A stretch of DNA of 64,000 nt, taken from the NCBI GenBank assembly GCA_964605735.1, contig CAZSDS010000001.1:340813-404812 (forward strand). The letters run 5' to 3'. Positions 29,053 to 38,403 of the stretch are shown one piece after another. Source of the stretch: an uncultured Candidatus Saccharibacteria bacterium (GTDB lineage: Bacteria > Patescibacteriota > Doudnabacteria > UBA920 > O2-02-FULL-48-8). Each line of letters starts with the position of its first letter. Position 1 is the first letter of the stretch. The notes under the pieces are model-generated. The model made no database searches. It was not told the origin of the DNA and worked only from the letters and a program-made list of their open reading frames with translations. The translations under genes were made by a program, and so were the position numbers.

Positions 29053-29721
29053 TTATTCTTTGATTATGTTCGGAAAATCCGTAAACACTCCGTCCACGCC
29101 CATTCCCTTGGCAATCAGGTAATCATGGATGCTGTTAACAGTCCAAGCGAAAACCTTTACACCCAGGCGCCTCATGGATTTCATGTGCACCGGAGTGACC
29201 AAAGTATGAACCGGATGGATTGAGTAAAGATCTAACTGTTTGGCTACTGCCATCATGAATGGCCACATGTAGCCCATTTTTGGACCGATTATGAATCCCA
29301 GGGGGATTTTTCCGTCCAAAGCCCTAACCTTCTTCAAAACAACCGGGTTGTTTGAGGAGATTAAAACCTTGTGCGGAAAACTTTTCACGGCATCCAAAAC
29401 TGCTTGTTCCATGCCATCGACTTTCAGCTCCAAATTCAAAGGCAATTTTGCTGCCTGCAAAAATTCGTTCAGTTCTGGAATTTCACGGCCTTCTTTTTTG
29501 GAGATGTTCTTGACCTCCTCCAAAGTCAGGTCCGAAATTTTTCTGCGGTCGTCGTGCGTTCGGATTAGTGTGGGGTCGTGGATTATTACCACTTTACCAT
29601 CCTTGGTCAGGCGCAAATCCGCCTCAACCATCTGAACGCCCGCGTCGATTCCTGCTTGTAAAGAACCTATCGTGTTTTCCGGGGCCAAACCCGCGGCCCC
29701 GCGATGCCCGATAATCAGCAT
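29053..29721 (-). CDS. glycerophosphodiester phosphodiesterase family protein inserted between rplC and rplD
   Basis: Starts MLIIGHRGAAGLAPENT (GDPD HR(G) motif); catalytic E/D/H pattern. ATG 29719-29721 is 1 nt after the rplC stop and the gene ends 1 nt before rplD. Confidence 0.8.
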   Translation of the reverse strand: MLIIGHRGAAGLAPENTIGSLQAGIDAGVQMVEADLRLTKDGKVVIIHDPTLIRTHDDRRKISDLTLEEVKNISKKEGREIPELNEFLQAAKLPLNLELKVDGMEQAVLDAVKSFPHKVLISSNNPVVLKKVRALDGKIPLGFIIGPKMGYMWPFMMAVAKQLDLYSIHPVHTLVTPVHMKSMRRLGVKVFAWTVNSIHDYLIAKGMGVDGVFTDFPNIIKE

Positions 29722-29722
29722 A

Positions 29723-30322
29723 TTAAACAGTCTGGATTTTGACCATTGCACCCGGTGCGCCAGGGATCGCTCCTTTAATCGCAATCAAATTCTTGGCTGT
29801 ATCTATATCAACAACTTCCAGATTCTTTACGGTTCTTGAACCGGCCATGTGGCCTGCCATGCGCAAACCTTTTCTGACGTGCTGTGGGAAGCGCATACCA
29901 ATGGAACCTACGGCGCGAGGGTGGTCGTGGCCGTGTGAAGCCGGCTGTCCGCCGAATCCATATCTCTTGATAGGCCCAGCAAAACCGCGCCCCTTCATCT
30001 GGGAAGTAACTTTCACAACATCGCCAACAGCAAAGGTGTCAACTTTGATTTCCTGTCCTTTTTCAAATTTGGCGTCAGCTGGAATTCTGAATTCAACAAG
30101 TCTGGCGAAATTCTTCATGCCCTTCAAGTGGCCTGCAGTAGCCTTGTTCTGGCTCTTCTTTTTGCCAAAGCCAACCTGCACTGCTGTGTACTTGTCCTTA
30201 TCAGCGGTTCTGACCTGGGTAACCTTAACTGGAGATGCCTTCAAAATCGTAACAGGAACGACTTTGCCGTCCTTGTTGAAGATTTGAGACATATGAAGTT
30301 TTTCTGCGACGATGAATTTCAT
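29723..30322 (-). CDS. rplC: 50S ribosomal protein L3
   Basis: Starts MKFIVAEKLHMSQIF (ATG 30320-30322 verified); L3 family. Confidence 0.93.
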   Translation of the reverse strand: MKFIVAEKLHMSQIFNKDGKVVPVTILKASPVKVTQVRTADKDKYTAVQVGFGKKKSQNKATAGHLKGMKNFARLVEFRIPADAKFEKGQEIKVDTFAVGDVVKVTSQMKGRGFAGPIKRYGFGGQPASHGHDHPRAVGSIGMRFPQHVRKGLRMAGHMAGSRTVKNLEVVDIDTAKNLIAIKGAIPGAPGAMVKIQTV

Positions 30323-30582
30323 AAAAGCTTGTTGCATTTATTTGGATAAACAAAAACCGATCAGATCCTTCTCTCTTTTCTCCGTATCCGGAGCAAGAGC
30401 AGAACCTAAGCGGTTCATGTAAACGAGGATGCATTTGTTTCCTGCTGACTAGGCAGAAGATATTCTTTTTTGATCTCCTGAGGTTATATGTTGCTTTTTG
30501 CCGGTTTCCGGCGTGGCCGGACCAGGCGCAGTCTGCGTATTAACCTGTGGAATTTAACAAACGGAACCCAAAAACCCAAACT

Positions 30583-30903
30583 TTACATTTTAATCTCTAC
30601 ATCAACACCTGCCGGGAGGTTCAAATTTGAGAGGGCATCAATGGTCTTAGGTGTCGGGGTTGAGATATCAATCAATCTTTTGTGAACGCGCATTTCGAAT
30701 TGTTCGCGGGCATTCTTGTGGACGAAGGTCGAGCGAAGCACCGTATATTTGGTCTTTTCAGTCGGCAAAGGCACAGGACCAATGACTCCAGCCCCGGTTC
30801 GCTTTGCAGTGTCTACAATCTGTCGAGCGGACTGGTCAATGAGCTTATGGTCATAGGCTCTGATTTTGATTCTTATTCTGGCTGTATCGGTTGCCTGCGG
30901 CAT
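30583..30903 (-). CDS. rpsJ: 30S ribosomal protein S10
   Basis: 106 aa collinear with bacterial S10 ([16 protein letters not shown]...). Confidence 0.95.
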   Translation of the reverse strand: MPQATDTARIRIKIRAYDHKLIDQSARQIVDTAKRTGAGVIGPVPLPTEKTKYTVLRSTFVHKNAREQFEMRVHKRLIDISTPTPKTIDALSNLNLPAGVDVEIKM

Positions 30904-30955
30904 ATATCGAAATGTGGATAACTAAGTTATAAACTGGTTATTAAACAACTTTGAT

Positions 30956-30984
30956 ATTCTAAACGATTTTGCTTAAAAAGTCAA
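30956..30984 (-). promoter_or_regulatory. candidate sigma70-type promoter of the S10 operon (-35 TTGACT, 17-nt spacer, -10 TAGAAT)
   Basis: Read on the minus strand: TTGACT ttttaagcaaaatcgtt TAGAAT, about 45 nt upstream of the rpsJ ATG and downstream of the tuf terminator. Confidence 0.5.
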
Positions 30985-31061
30985 TTCTCCCCGCTAAAAT
31001 TGTCCAACAAGCTGTGGAAAACCCCCTTTTTGCTAAGAAAATTGCTTATTTCTAAGCCATT

Positions 31062-31103
31062 TTTTCAAGAAAATCCCTCCCTTTCGGGAGAAAGGGAGGG
31101 AAC
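31062..31103 (-). terminator. rho-independent terminator downstream of tuf
   Basis: 11-bp perfect stem tccctcccttt/aaagggaggga with loop cgggag, followed on the minus strand by TTTTCTT. Confidence 0.75.
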
Positions 31104-31108
31104 TTTTC

Positions 31109-32290
31109 TTATTTGTTGATCTTCAATACCACTCCAGCACCTACGGTGTGACCGCCTTCGCGAACTGCGAAGCGCATCTTTTCTTCCAAAGCAACTGGGG
31201 TAATAAGTTTGATGTTCAAGGTAACGGTGTCACCCGGCATGACCATTTCCTGGCCTTCTGGGAGGATAACTTCACCGGTTACGTCAGTGGTTCGGATGTA
31301 GAACTGAGGCTTGTATCCCTTGAAGAAAGGAGTGTGGCGTCCGCCTTCTTCCTTGGTCAAGATATATACTTCAGCTTCAAATTCAGTGTGAGGAGTAACT
31401 GATCCTGGCTTTGCCAAAACCTGTCCGCGTTCAACATCTTCCTTTTTTGTACCACGGAGCAAAATACCTGCGTTGTCACCAGCTTGACCCTTGTCCAACT
31501 GCTTGTTGAACATTTCGATACCAGTCACAACAGTCTTGGTGGTTGGGCGGATACCAACGATTTCGATTTCATCGTTAAGGTTGATAACGCCTCTTTCAAT
31601 ACGGCCGGTAACTACGGTACCGCGGCCTTCAATTGAGAAGATGTCTTCGATAGGCATCAAGAAAGGCTTGTCAGTTTCTCGAACTGGGTCTGGGATGTAA
31701 GTATCAAGAGCTTCAACCAGTTTGGTGATTGATTCTTCGTACTTGGCATCGCCTTCGATAGCCTTCAAAGCGGATCCACGGATAATAGGTGTTTCTTTTC
31801 CTGGGAATCCGTATTTGGTCAAAAGATCGCGGACTTCTTCTTCAACCAAGTCCAAAAGCTCTGGATCTTCAACCATATCGCACTTGTTGAGGTAAACAAC
31901 AATGTATGGAACGCCGACCTGCTTTGCGAGCAAAATGTGTTCGCGGGTCTGAGGCATTGGGCCGTCAGCAGCAGACACAACCAAGATGGAGCCGTCCATT
32001 TGGGCAGCACCGGTGATCATGTTCTTAATGTAGTCAGCGTGACCTGGACAGTCGACGTGAGCGTAGTGGCGCTTGTCAGACTGGTACTCGACGTGAGTGG
32101 TATTGATGGTAATACCACGAGCCTTTTCTTCTGGAGCGTTGTCGATTTGTGCGTAGTCGCGCTCCTGGGCAAAACCCTTCTTAGCCAAAACGTGGGTGAT
32201 GGCGGCAGTCAAAGTGGTCTTACCATGGTCAACGTGACCGATGGTACCGACGTTGACGTGCACTTTGGAACGGTCAAATTTGTCAGCCAT
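31109..32290 (-). CDS. tuf: elongation factor Tu
   Basis: Starts [27 protein letters not shown] (ATG 32288-32290 verified); G1-G5 GTPase motifs. The 13-codon upstream extension in the ORF track is rejected. Confidence 0.97.
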   Translation of the reverse strand: MADKFDRSKVHVNVGTIGHVDHGKTTLTAAITHVLAKKGFAQERDYAQIDNAPEEKARGITINTTHVEYQSDKRHYAHVDCPGHADYIKNMITGAAQMDGSILVVSAADGPMPQTREHILLAKQVGVPYIVVYLNKCDMVEDPELLDLVEEEVRDLLTKYGFPGKETPIIRGSALKAIEGDAKYEESITKLVEALDTYIPDPVRETDKPFLMPIEDIFSIEGRGTVVTGRIERGVINLNDEIEIVGIRPTTKTVVTGIEMFNKQLDKGQAGDNAGILLRGTKKEDVERGQVLAKPGSVTPHTEFEAEVYILTKEEGGRHTPFFKGYKPQFYIRTTDVTGEVILPEGQEMVMPGDTVTLNIKLITPVALEEKMRFAVREGGHTVGAGVVLKINK

Positions 32291-32646
32291 TGTATTCCTT
32301 GGGCACGTACAGCTTCTTAGGCTTGTCATTCTGATCTAAGCGAAACCTGCCTATATTGTGGCGGTCTCTCCTGTCTTTGCAGACAGATTTAGCCAAGTTC
32401 AGGATGACTCCAAAACCTTAAAAGCCTCTGTGCGAGTTAATTTATAAGCTTACTAATTATAAGAGAAATCCTTGAATATTGCAAGGATAATTTCTCTTGC
32501 AGTAAAAGCGCCGCTTGTTTCCAAGAAGCCGCTATATAGTAATATTTTCATCCGACATCGTCAACTATAGACCTAAGGCGCGCTCTTTTTTGTTTTGACA
32601 CCAGTCGTTCAACTGGTTTATGCTTCCAGGCATAAGGAGGGTCCTT

Positions 32647-32949
32647 ATGGGAGATTTCGGAACTTTTGTCTTGATGCTTGTGGTGACATCCGGCCTCGGC
32701 TACAGGTCAGTTCAGCTCGATTGTCTAGCTGAACGGGGCCAGCTGGAGAACATCTCACGGGCAAACAAGCTTGCCGGCATGTTCCAAATCTGCATGGTGT
32801 TGACGGTGGCCACAAGCATCAAAATGTGCTACAGCCACATCGCTGACACAGTTCTGATGGCTGTTGCCATGAGCGCTTTGGTGGCTGTCGAAATCTTCTC
32901 CCTGTGGTTCTACGCCATTCGTGGCGTGGTCCTCGACTACGAACCATGA
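32647..32949 (+). CDS. hypothetical small membrane protein (3 predicted TM), opposite strand, between fusA and tuf
   Basis: AAGGAGG at 32634-32640 with 6-nt spacer to ATG 32647; 100 aa hydrophobic product; own terminator at 32962-32994. Confidence 0.55.
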   Translation: MGDFGTFVLMLVVTSGLGYRSVQLDCLAERGQLENISRANKLAGMFQICMVLTVATSIKMCYSHIADTVLMAVAMSALVAVEIFSLWFYAIRGVVLDYEP

Positions 32950-32961
32950 CCCGCTCTCATG

Positions 32962-32994
32962 ACCTGCCCCGTCCCTGGCAGGTCTTTTTTTCTG
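32962..32994 (+). terminator. rho-independent terminator of the 32647 gene
   Basis: gacctgcc-ccgtccct-ggcaggtc followed by TTTTTTTCT. Confidence 0.7.
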
Positions 32995-33020
32995 AATAAC
33001 ATCGCAACCATAGTGGACGC

Positions 33021-33055
33021 AAAAAAACAAGCCCTTCGCAGGGGCTTGTTTTTAG
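33021..33055. terminator. bidirectional terminator 3' of fusA
   Basis: caagccc-ttcgca-ggggcttg hairpin flanked by A7 and T5. Confidence 0.65.
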
Positions 33056-33056
33056 T

Positions 33057-35180
33057 TTAGCTTACTTGACCGACGCGCTGTTTGCCTGCGCCTTCAATGA
33101 TCTTTTCAGCAACATTTCTTGGGACTTCTTCGTAGTGGTCGAATTCCATGGTGTATGAGGCCTGACCCTGGGACATGGATCGGATCTGTGTTGCGTATCC
33201 GAACATTTCAGCCAACGGCACTTCCGCATCCACAACCTTCAGGTTGCCGCGGTCAGTCATTTCGTTGATTTTGCCGCGCTTTGCATTCAAGTCACCAATC
33301 ACATCACCTAAAGATGACTCAGGAGTCAAAACTTCAACTTTCATGATCGGTTCAAGCAATACTGGAGTTGCTTTTCTCACGCCTTCCTGGAAAGCCTGTG
33401 ATCCGGCAATTTTGAATGCGATTTCAGATGAGTCAACTTCGTGGTATGAGCCGTCTGTCAAAGTCACTTTTGCGTCAATCAACGGATATCCGGCAATAAC
33501 GCCTCGTTCTGTTGCTTCCTTGATACCCTTTTCAACGGCCGGGATATATTCTCGAGGAATGACACCGCCAACGATTTCGTTAACGAATTCAAAACCTTTG
33601 CCAGCTTCATTAGGTTCAACAGTGATGACAACGTGTCCGTATTGTCCGCGCCCACCGGTCTGTCTGATGTATTTGTGTTCTGCTTCAGCTTTGCCTTTGA
33701 TGGTTTCGCGGTAAGCAACCTGCGGTCTGCCGACATTCGCTTCAACTTTAAACTCGCGCTTCATGCGGTCAACCAGAATTTCCAAATGCAATTCACCCAT
33801 GCCGGAAATCAATGTCTGGTTAACTTCTTCGTCAGTCTTAACTTTGAAGGTTGGGTCTTCTTCAGCCAGTTTTTGCAAAGCAATGCCCATTTTTTCCTGG
33901 TCTGCCTTGGTCTTAGGCTCAATAGCTACGGAAATGACCGGCTCTGGGAATTTAATGGCTTCCAGCTGGATTGGGCTGTCCACTGCACAAAGCGTATCGC
34001 CAGTGAAAGTTTCCTTTGGCCCTACCAATGCAGCAATATCTCCGGCATACACTACTTTAACGTCTTCACGTTTGTCAGCATGCATTCGGACAATGCGCCC
34101 TACGCGCTCTTTGTTGCCGCTTCTTGTGTTCAAAACGTATGAACCTGCTTCCAGTTTGCCGCTGTAAACGCGGAAGAAAGCAAGTTTACCCACGAATGGG
34201 TCAGTCGCAATTTTAAATGCCAACGCAGTAAGAGGCTCTGAGTCAGATGGCTTTCTAACAATGGCTTCTCCGGTCTTTGGGTTGGTGCCTTTGATGTCGC
34301 CGCGGTCAACCGGACTTGGCAGGAAGTTGGTCACTCCGTCAAGCAGGGTTTGTACAATAATACCGCGTCCGTCTCCGCCGAATACCGGGAAGAAAGTGCC
34401 GGATTGGGTTGATTTTCTGATTGCGGACAAAAACTCCTGCTCAGTCAATTCTTCCCCACCGAGATACTTTTCCATCAAGGCGTCATCCGATTCAACAACT
34501 TTCTCCATCAGCCTCTGGCGGTATTCTTTTGCCTTCTCAAGCATGTCAGCCGGGATTTCCCCCACTGTAAAGTCGCGGTCAGAAAATTCCTTGTAGGTGT
34601 AAGCCTTCATGGAAACCAGGTCAACCACGCCGCAAATATCCTTTTCAAATCCAATTGGCAATTGCACAGGATAGGCGTTTGGTGACAATCGCTTGTGGAT
34701 TGCATCCAGGGACTTATAAAAGTCGCCGCCGGTTTGGTTGATTTTGTTGACGAAGCACATACGAGGCACGCCGTACTTGTCAGCCTGGCGCCACACGGTT
34801 TCGGACTGAGGTTCAACGCCCATCTTGCCGTCAAAAACCACAATAGCACCATCAAGCACGCGCAAAGAACGCTCCACTTCCACAGTGAAGTCTACGTGTC
34901 CAGGCGTATCGATAATGTTGATCTTGTGCTTAACGTCGCCTCCAAGCTTAATGTACTTGGGGATCCAGAAACAGGTAACAGCTGCCGCAGTAATGGTAAT
35001 GCCGCGTTCGCGTTCCTGTTCCATCCAGTCAGTGGTGGTTGCGCCCTCGTGTACCGCGCCAATCTTATGAGTCAGCCCGGTGTTGTATAGAATACCTTCG
35101 GTAGTTGTGGTTTTACCTGCGTCAATGTGCGCGATAATCCCGATGTTACGCGTGGATTCTATTGGATATTCTCTAGCCAT
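33057..35180 (-). CDS. fusA: elongation factor G
   Basis: 707 aa; [10 protein letters not shown]1 motif, domains II-V of EF-G. Confidence 0.97.
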   Translation of the reverse strand: MAREYPIESTRNIGIIAHIDAGKTTTTEGILYNTGLTHKIGAVHEGATTTDWMEQERERGITITAAAVTCFWIPKYIKLGGDVKHKINIIDTPGHVDFTVEVERSLRVLDGAIVVFDGKMGVEPQSETVWRQADKYGVPRMCFVNKINQTGGDFYKSLDAIHKRLSPNAYPVQLPIGFEKDICGVVDLVSMKAYTYKEFSDRDFTVGEIPADMLEKAKEYRQRLMEKVVESDDALMEKYLGGEELTEQEFLSAIRKSTQSGTFFPVFGGDGRGIIVQTLLDGVTNFLPSPVDRGDIKGTNPKTGEAIVRKPSDSEPLTALAFKIATDPFVGKLAFFRVYSGKLEAGSYVLNTRSGNKERVGRIVRMHADKREDVKVVYAGDIAALVGPKETFTGDTLCAVDSPIQLEAIKFPEPVISVAIEPKTKADQEKMGIALQKLAEEDPTFKVKTDEEVNQTLISGMGELHLEILVDRMKREFKVEANVGRPQVAYRETIKGKAEAEHKYIRQTGGRGQYGHVVITVEPNEAGKGFEFVNEIVGGVIPREYIPAVEKGIKEATERGVIAGYPLIDAKVTLTDGSYHEVDSSEIAFKIAGSQAFQEGVRKATPVLLEPIMKVEVLTPESSLGDVIGDLNAKRGKINEMTDRGNLKVVDAEVPLAEMFGYATQIRSMSQGQASYTMEFDHYEEVPRNVAEKIIEGAGKQRVGQVS

Positions 35181-35251
35181 AAATTAGGTTAATAACTTGA
35201 TTTTTTAAATGATTTGATATATATTGGTTCGATTGATAAAAGGAGGTGTGA

Positions 35252-35497
35252 GTGAAACGGATCTCATCGGTTCTGGCTGTTGTCGGGCTGGTTCTTACCC
35301 TGGTTTGGGTCCTGAATGACCCAATGGATGAAGAAACTGCCCTGTTCCGGTCCGGAGCATCAACTGAAGAAGTTCTGGCCGCACGGGAGACTTACGTCCC
35401 GCCGGAACGACCGACTTGGATGCTGATCGCCGGAATCGCTTTGATGATTCCGCTCGGCTTCTCGTTTCTGCGCCGGCAACTCGATCACCGGCGCTGA
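35252..35497 (+). CDS. hypothetical small membrane protein (2 TM), opposite strand, in rpsG-fusA spacer
   Basis: AGGAGG 35241-35246, GTG start 35252; 81 aa with two hydrophobic helices; terminator 35510-35540. Confidence 0.5.
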   Translation: MKRISSVLAVVGLVLTLVWVLNDPMDEETALFRSGASTEEVLAARETYVPPERPTWMLIAGIALMIPLGFSFLRRQLDHRR

Positions 35498-35509
35498 AAA
35501 ACCGATCTT

Positions 35510-35540
35510 GGGTGTGCAACTTTGCACACCCATTTTTTTA
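35510..35540 (+). terminator. rho-independent terminator of the 35252 gene
   Basis: gggtgtgc-aacttt-gcacaccc followed by ATTTTTTTA. Confidence 0.7.
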
Positions 35541-36023
35541 TCGTCTCTGGAATCTTGCGAAGTGAGCGAATGCCTTGTTGGCTTCAGCCATCTTGTGCAC
35601 GTCTTCTCGCTTCTTAATAGCCGCTCCAAGCTTGTTGTATGCTTCCATCAATTCTTCGCCGAGCTTTTCAGCCATTGGCTTGCCCTTTTTGCTTCGGGCA
35701 GCAACAATAATCCATTTCATACCCAAAGAAGTTTTTCTTGGTTCCATAACTTCCATAGGGACCTGATAGTTGGCGCCACCGATTCGGCGGCCCTTAACTT
35801 CCAATATTGGGGAAACGTTTTTGATTGCCTGTTCGAAAACCGCTTTTGGGTCAGTCTTCATTTTTTCTTCAATAAAATCCAAAGCTCCGTAAACAATCCT
35901 CTGGGCGGTTGATTTCTTTCCGCGTTCCATAATGTAGTTTATGAACTTGGAAATCTTTACGGAATTGTACTTTATGTCTGGGTTAACCGGATGTTTCTTG
36001 TATGCTCTTGCTTTTCTTGGCAT
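35538..36023 (-). CDS. rpsG: 30S ribosomal protein S7
   Basis: 161 aa S7 family. Confidence 0.95.
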   Translation of the reverse strand: MPRKARAYKKHPVNPDIKYNSVKISKFINYIMERGKKSTAQRIVYGALDFIEEKMKTDPKAVFEQAIKNVSPILEVKGRRIGGANYQVPMEVMEPRKTSLGMKWIIVAARSKKGKPMAEKLGEELMEAYNKLGAAIKKREDVHKMAEANKAFAHFARFQRR

Positions 36024-36027
36024 TGCT

Positions 36028-36441
36028 TTATGCTTTCTTTACTCCGTACTTACTTCGGCTGCGCTTTCGACCTTCTACGCCGGCGGCATCAAGTTTGCCA
36101 CGAACAATGTGATAGCGGACACCTGGCAAGTCTTTTACACGACCGCCGCGGATCATGACTACGCTGTGTTCCTGCAGGTTGTGGCCAATGCCTGGGATGT
36201 ATGCCAGAACTTCCATGCCGTTTGTCAAACGGACACGGGCAACTTTTCTGATAGCTGAGTTTGGCTTCTTAGGGGTAACTGTATAAACACGAACACAGAC
36301 ACCGCGCTTGAACGGAGTGCCTTTGTCAAAAGTGAACGGACGGTTCTTAAGCAGGTTCAAACCGCGCTGGAGAGCAGGGCTCTTTGAGCGGGAAGTCTGT
36401 TTTGTTCGTCCTTTTCGAACTAATTGGTTAACTGTAGGCAT
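36028..36441 (-). CDS. rpsL: 30S ribosomal protein S12
   Basis: 137 aa S12 family ([12 protein letters not shown]...). Confidence 0.95.
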   Translation of the reverse strand: MPTVNQLVRKGRTKQTSRSKSPALQRGLNLLKNRPFTFDKGTPFKRGVCVRVYTVTPKKPNSAIRKVARVRLTNGMEVLAYIPGIGHNLQEHSVVMIRGGRVKDLPGVRYHIVRGKLDAAGVEGRKRSRSKYGVKKA

Positions 36442-36775
36442 TTATAATGGACCTTAAAATTACTGAATAATGGTTTACGAATATCTTTGAAGTGCGACCA
36501 GAACAAATTTTAGGCAAACAAAAACGGCATCTGCCTTGCCGCAACTCGAACACAAGGAGAAATCAGCCTCTAGATTGTTTACCGTTACTGGCTTAAATTA
36601 ACAGGTTTTTCAGGTTTTGTCAAATGTTCGGGCGCAAGACTGGGCACAAAGCGCCAGCATTGACAAAATGGCCAAAATATGCCATTATTGTGTGTTACGA
36701 GAATAAATAAGGAACGCGGTCGGACACCTTCGTTTGCTTGTCTAGCGCTCTGTACTGGGACTACAGGAGGAATGA

Positions 36776-37129
36776 ATGTCAGACGAAAAACTCAAAGCAG
36801 CGTCCAGTGAAATTTCTGAAATTCTCAGGAAGGCTGAATTACCGCCGGCGGATGAAATCCTGGCACTGGTAATTGCCAGTATCGTGGTAGTCAATCGTCA
36901 TATGGAGTCAGCGCAGCGAGCAGGGGATGACGAGTTTCTCCGCATGATGCGACGAACGCTCCACGCCCTACCTGAATCAATCACGCAGTTTATCCAGGCG
37001 TGGCAACTGGGCAGGACCAATCAAGCCACTGCTTCGGCTGGGGACCTCATTCGGCAGAAGTTCGACCACATCTTGCGGGACTCGAAGGAAATCGACACCA
37101 GACGTCGAATCTTCATGAGCCGAAGATGA
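36776..37129 (+). CDS. hypothetical protein
   Basis: AGGAGG 36765-36770, ATG 36776; 117 aa, no recognisable motif; terminator at 37142-37179. Confidence 0.5.
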   Translation: MSDEKLKAASSEISEILRKAELPPADEILALVIASIVVVNRHMESAQRAGDDEFLRMMRRTLHALPESITQFIQAWQLGRTNQATASAGDLIRQKFDHILRDSKEIDTRRRIFMSRR

Positions 37130-37134
37130 TCTAA

Positions 37135-37180
37135 CAAAAAACCGGCAGGTGCGCAATGCGTCTGCCGGTTTTTCTTTTTG
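37135..37180. terminator. bidirectional rho-independent terminator
   Basis: ccggcag-gtgcgcaatgcgt-ctgccgg flanked by A-run and TTTTTCTTTTT. Confidence 0.7.
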
Positions 37181-37188
37181 CAAAAAAT

Positions 37189-37830
37189 TTATCTAAATGA
37201 GAAAGAGGTATCCCCTGTTATTAAACCAAACAGGAATATCACAGGCGGAAGTAAAACTGAAGCCAGAAACCCAGGTACCATCAAAATAATGATGATCAGG
37301 AAAAACCCAAAGCGCTCAAGCTCCAGCAATCGATACATTAAATTATGGTCAATATACCCCAAGATGCTGGCCAAAACTTTTGACCCATCAAGCGGCGGAA
37401 CCGGCAACATGTTAAATACGGCCAGGACCAGGTTAACGGTAATTGTTTGAACAAGCAAGTACTCGCCCATTTCTGACAAACCAGGAGTCAGACGATAAAC
37501 AATTCCAGCCAGAATTGCCAAAACCAAGTTGGTCAGTGGTCCGACAATCGTCACCAAAAACATGTCCCGCCTGATGTCGCTTAGGTTGTTGTAGTTAACC
37601 GGCACTGGCTTGGCTGCCCCTAAAATCGGCAGGCCAGCCAAAGCCAGCAAAGCTGGCAGAACAATTGAACCAAATAAATCTATATGCGGAATGGGATTCA
37701 GTGTCAGTCGGCCCATGTATTTGGCAGTGGGATCACCAAGCCTAAATGCCATCAGCCCGTGCGCAACCTCATGGAAAATGACTGAGAATAATAAAATTAC
37801 AATAAATATGCCAATTGATACGATATCCAT
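37189..37830 (-). CDS. M50-family (site-2 protease-like) zinc metalloprotease
   Basis: HEVAHGL (HExxH) motif in TM helix and downstream LNxxP-like region. ATG at 37828-37830 (MDIVSIGIFIV) chosen; the longer 38031 start is rejected as an unsupported extension. Confidence 0.75.
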   Translation of the reverse strand: MDIVSIGIFIVILLFSVIFHEVAHGLMAFRLGDPTAKYMGRLTLNPIPHIDLFGSIVLPALLALAGLPILGAAKPVPVNYNNLSDIRRDMFLVTIVGPLTNLVLAILAGIVYRLTPGLSEMGEYLLVQTITVNLVLAVFNMLPVPPLDGSKVLASILGYIDHNLMYRLLELERFGFFLIIIILMVPGFLASVLLPPVIFLFGLITGDTSFSFR

Positions 37831-38125
37831 ACTCCAGGTGTTTTTTAATATTGATAAAAGCTCATATGTTGTGGCGAAGCGGGTGCTGATGGCAGGGATT
37901 GTCGCAGGCACTCTACTGCCGTGACCAAGCAGCGAACCACCGTAGAGGAGTCCTGACAAAGTCGGGATTATATAATATTGCAGTTCGACTGCGTGCCCCA
38001 ACAGCAGCGAGCGCACAGCCACCTCAAGCATTGACTGCTTTTAGCAATTATGCTATCATTTGCAGGTGCTTCAAACGCTCTCTAAATCATAACGACATTT
38101 TAATTGTTTAACAAGGAAATTATCC

Positions 38126-38314
38126 ATGCGCAAATGTACAGTTTGCGGCAAGGGCTACTCAAACACTGTTAAGCGCTCTCACTCAATGCAAGCCACCAAG
38201 TACCGCTTGTACCCTAACCTGCAATGGTTGAAACTCGACCATGGCCAGAGAGTGAAAGCTTGCACCAAGTGCATCAAGGCTCACAGCAGAAAATTAGCCA
38301 AAGTCGCCGTCTAA
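38126..38314 (+). CDS. rpmB: 50S ribosomal protein L28 (zinc-ribbon form)
   Basis: 62 aa, CTVCGK...CTKCIKAH; SD AAGGAAA upstream. Confidence 0.9.
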   Translation: MRKCTVCGKGYSNTVKRSHSMQATKYRLYPNLQWLKLDHGQRVKACTKCIKAHSRKLAKVAV

Positions 38315-38315
38315 A

Positions 38316-38352
38316 AATCCCTTCAGCAAAAAAGCTCGATAGGGATTTTTTG
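38316..38352 (+). terminator. terminator-like hairpin after rpmB
   Basis: aaatccct...agggattttttg with long loop. Confidence 0.4.
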
Positions 38353-38403
38353 TTGTGCGCATGCTATATTGTTCAAACGCCGGCAATTTTTTATAATACG
38401 AAC

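Noticed and set aside
32291-32329. N-terminal extensions given by the ORF track for tuf (32329), metG (55916), rpiB (12976), rplF, rpsH, rpsZ, GDPD (29784), adk (18942, TTG), secreted protein (62910) and STAS (63223, TTG)
   Set aside because: In each case an internal ATG reproduces the conserved family N-terminus (e.g. MADKFDRSK for EF-Tu, MLIIGHRG for [13 protein letters not shown] for L6), usually with a better SD or stop-start coupling. Several extensions would overlap the upstream gene.
38224-38403. Upstream extension of the FNR-fusion ORF to 38224, overlapping rpmB
   Set aside because: It would overlap the L28 gene in another frame and adds a non-conserved, non-hydrophobic leader. The first ATG after the rpmB terminator (38404) is used instead.
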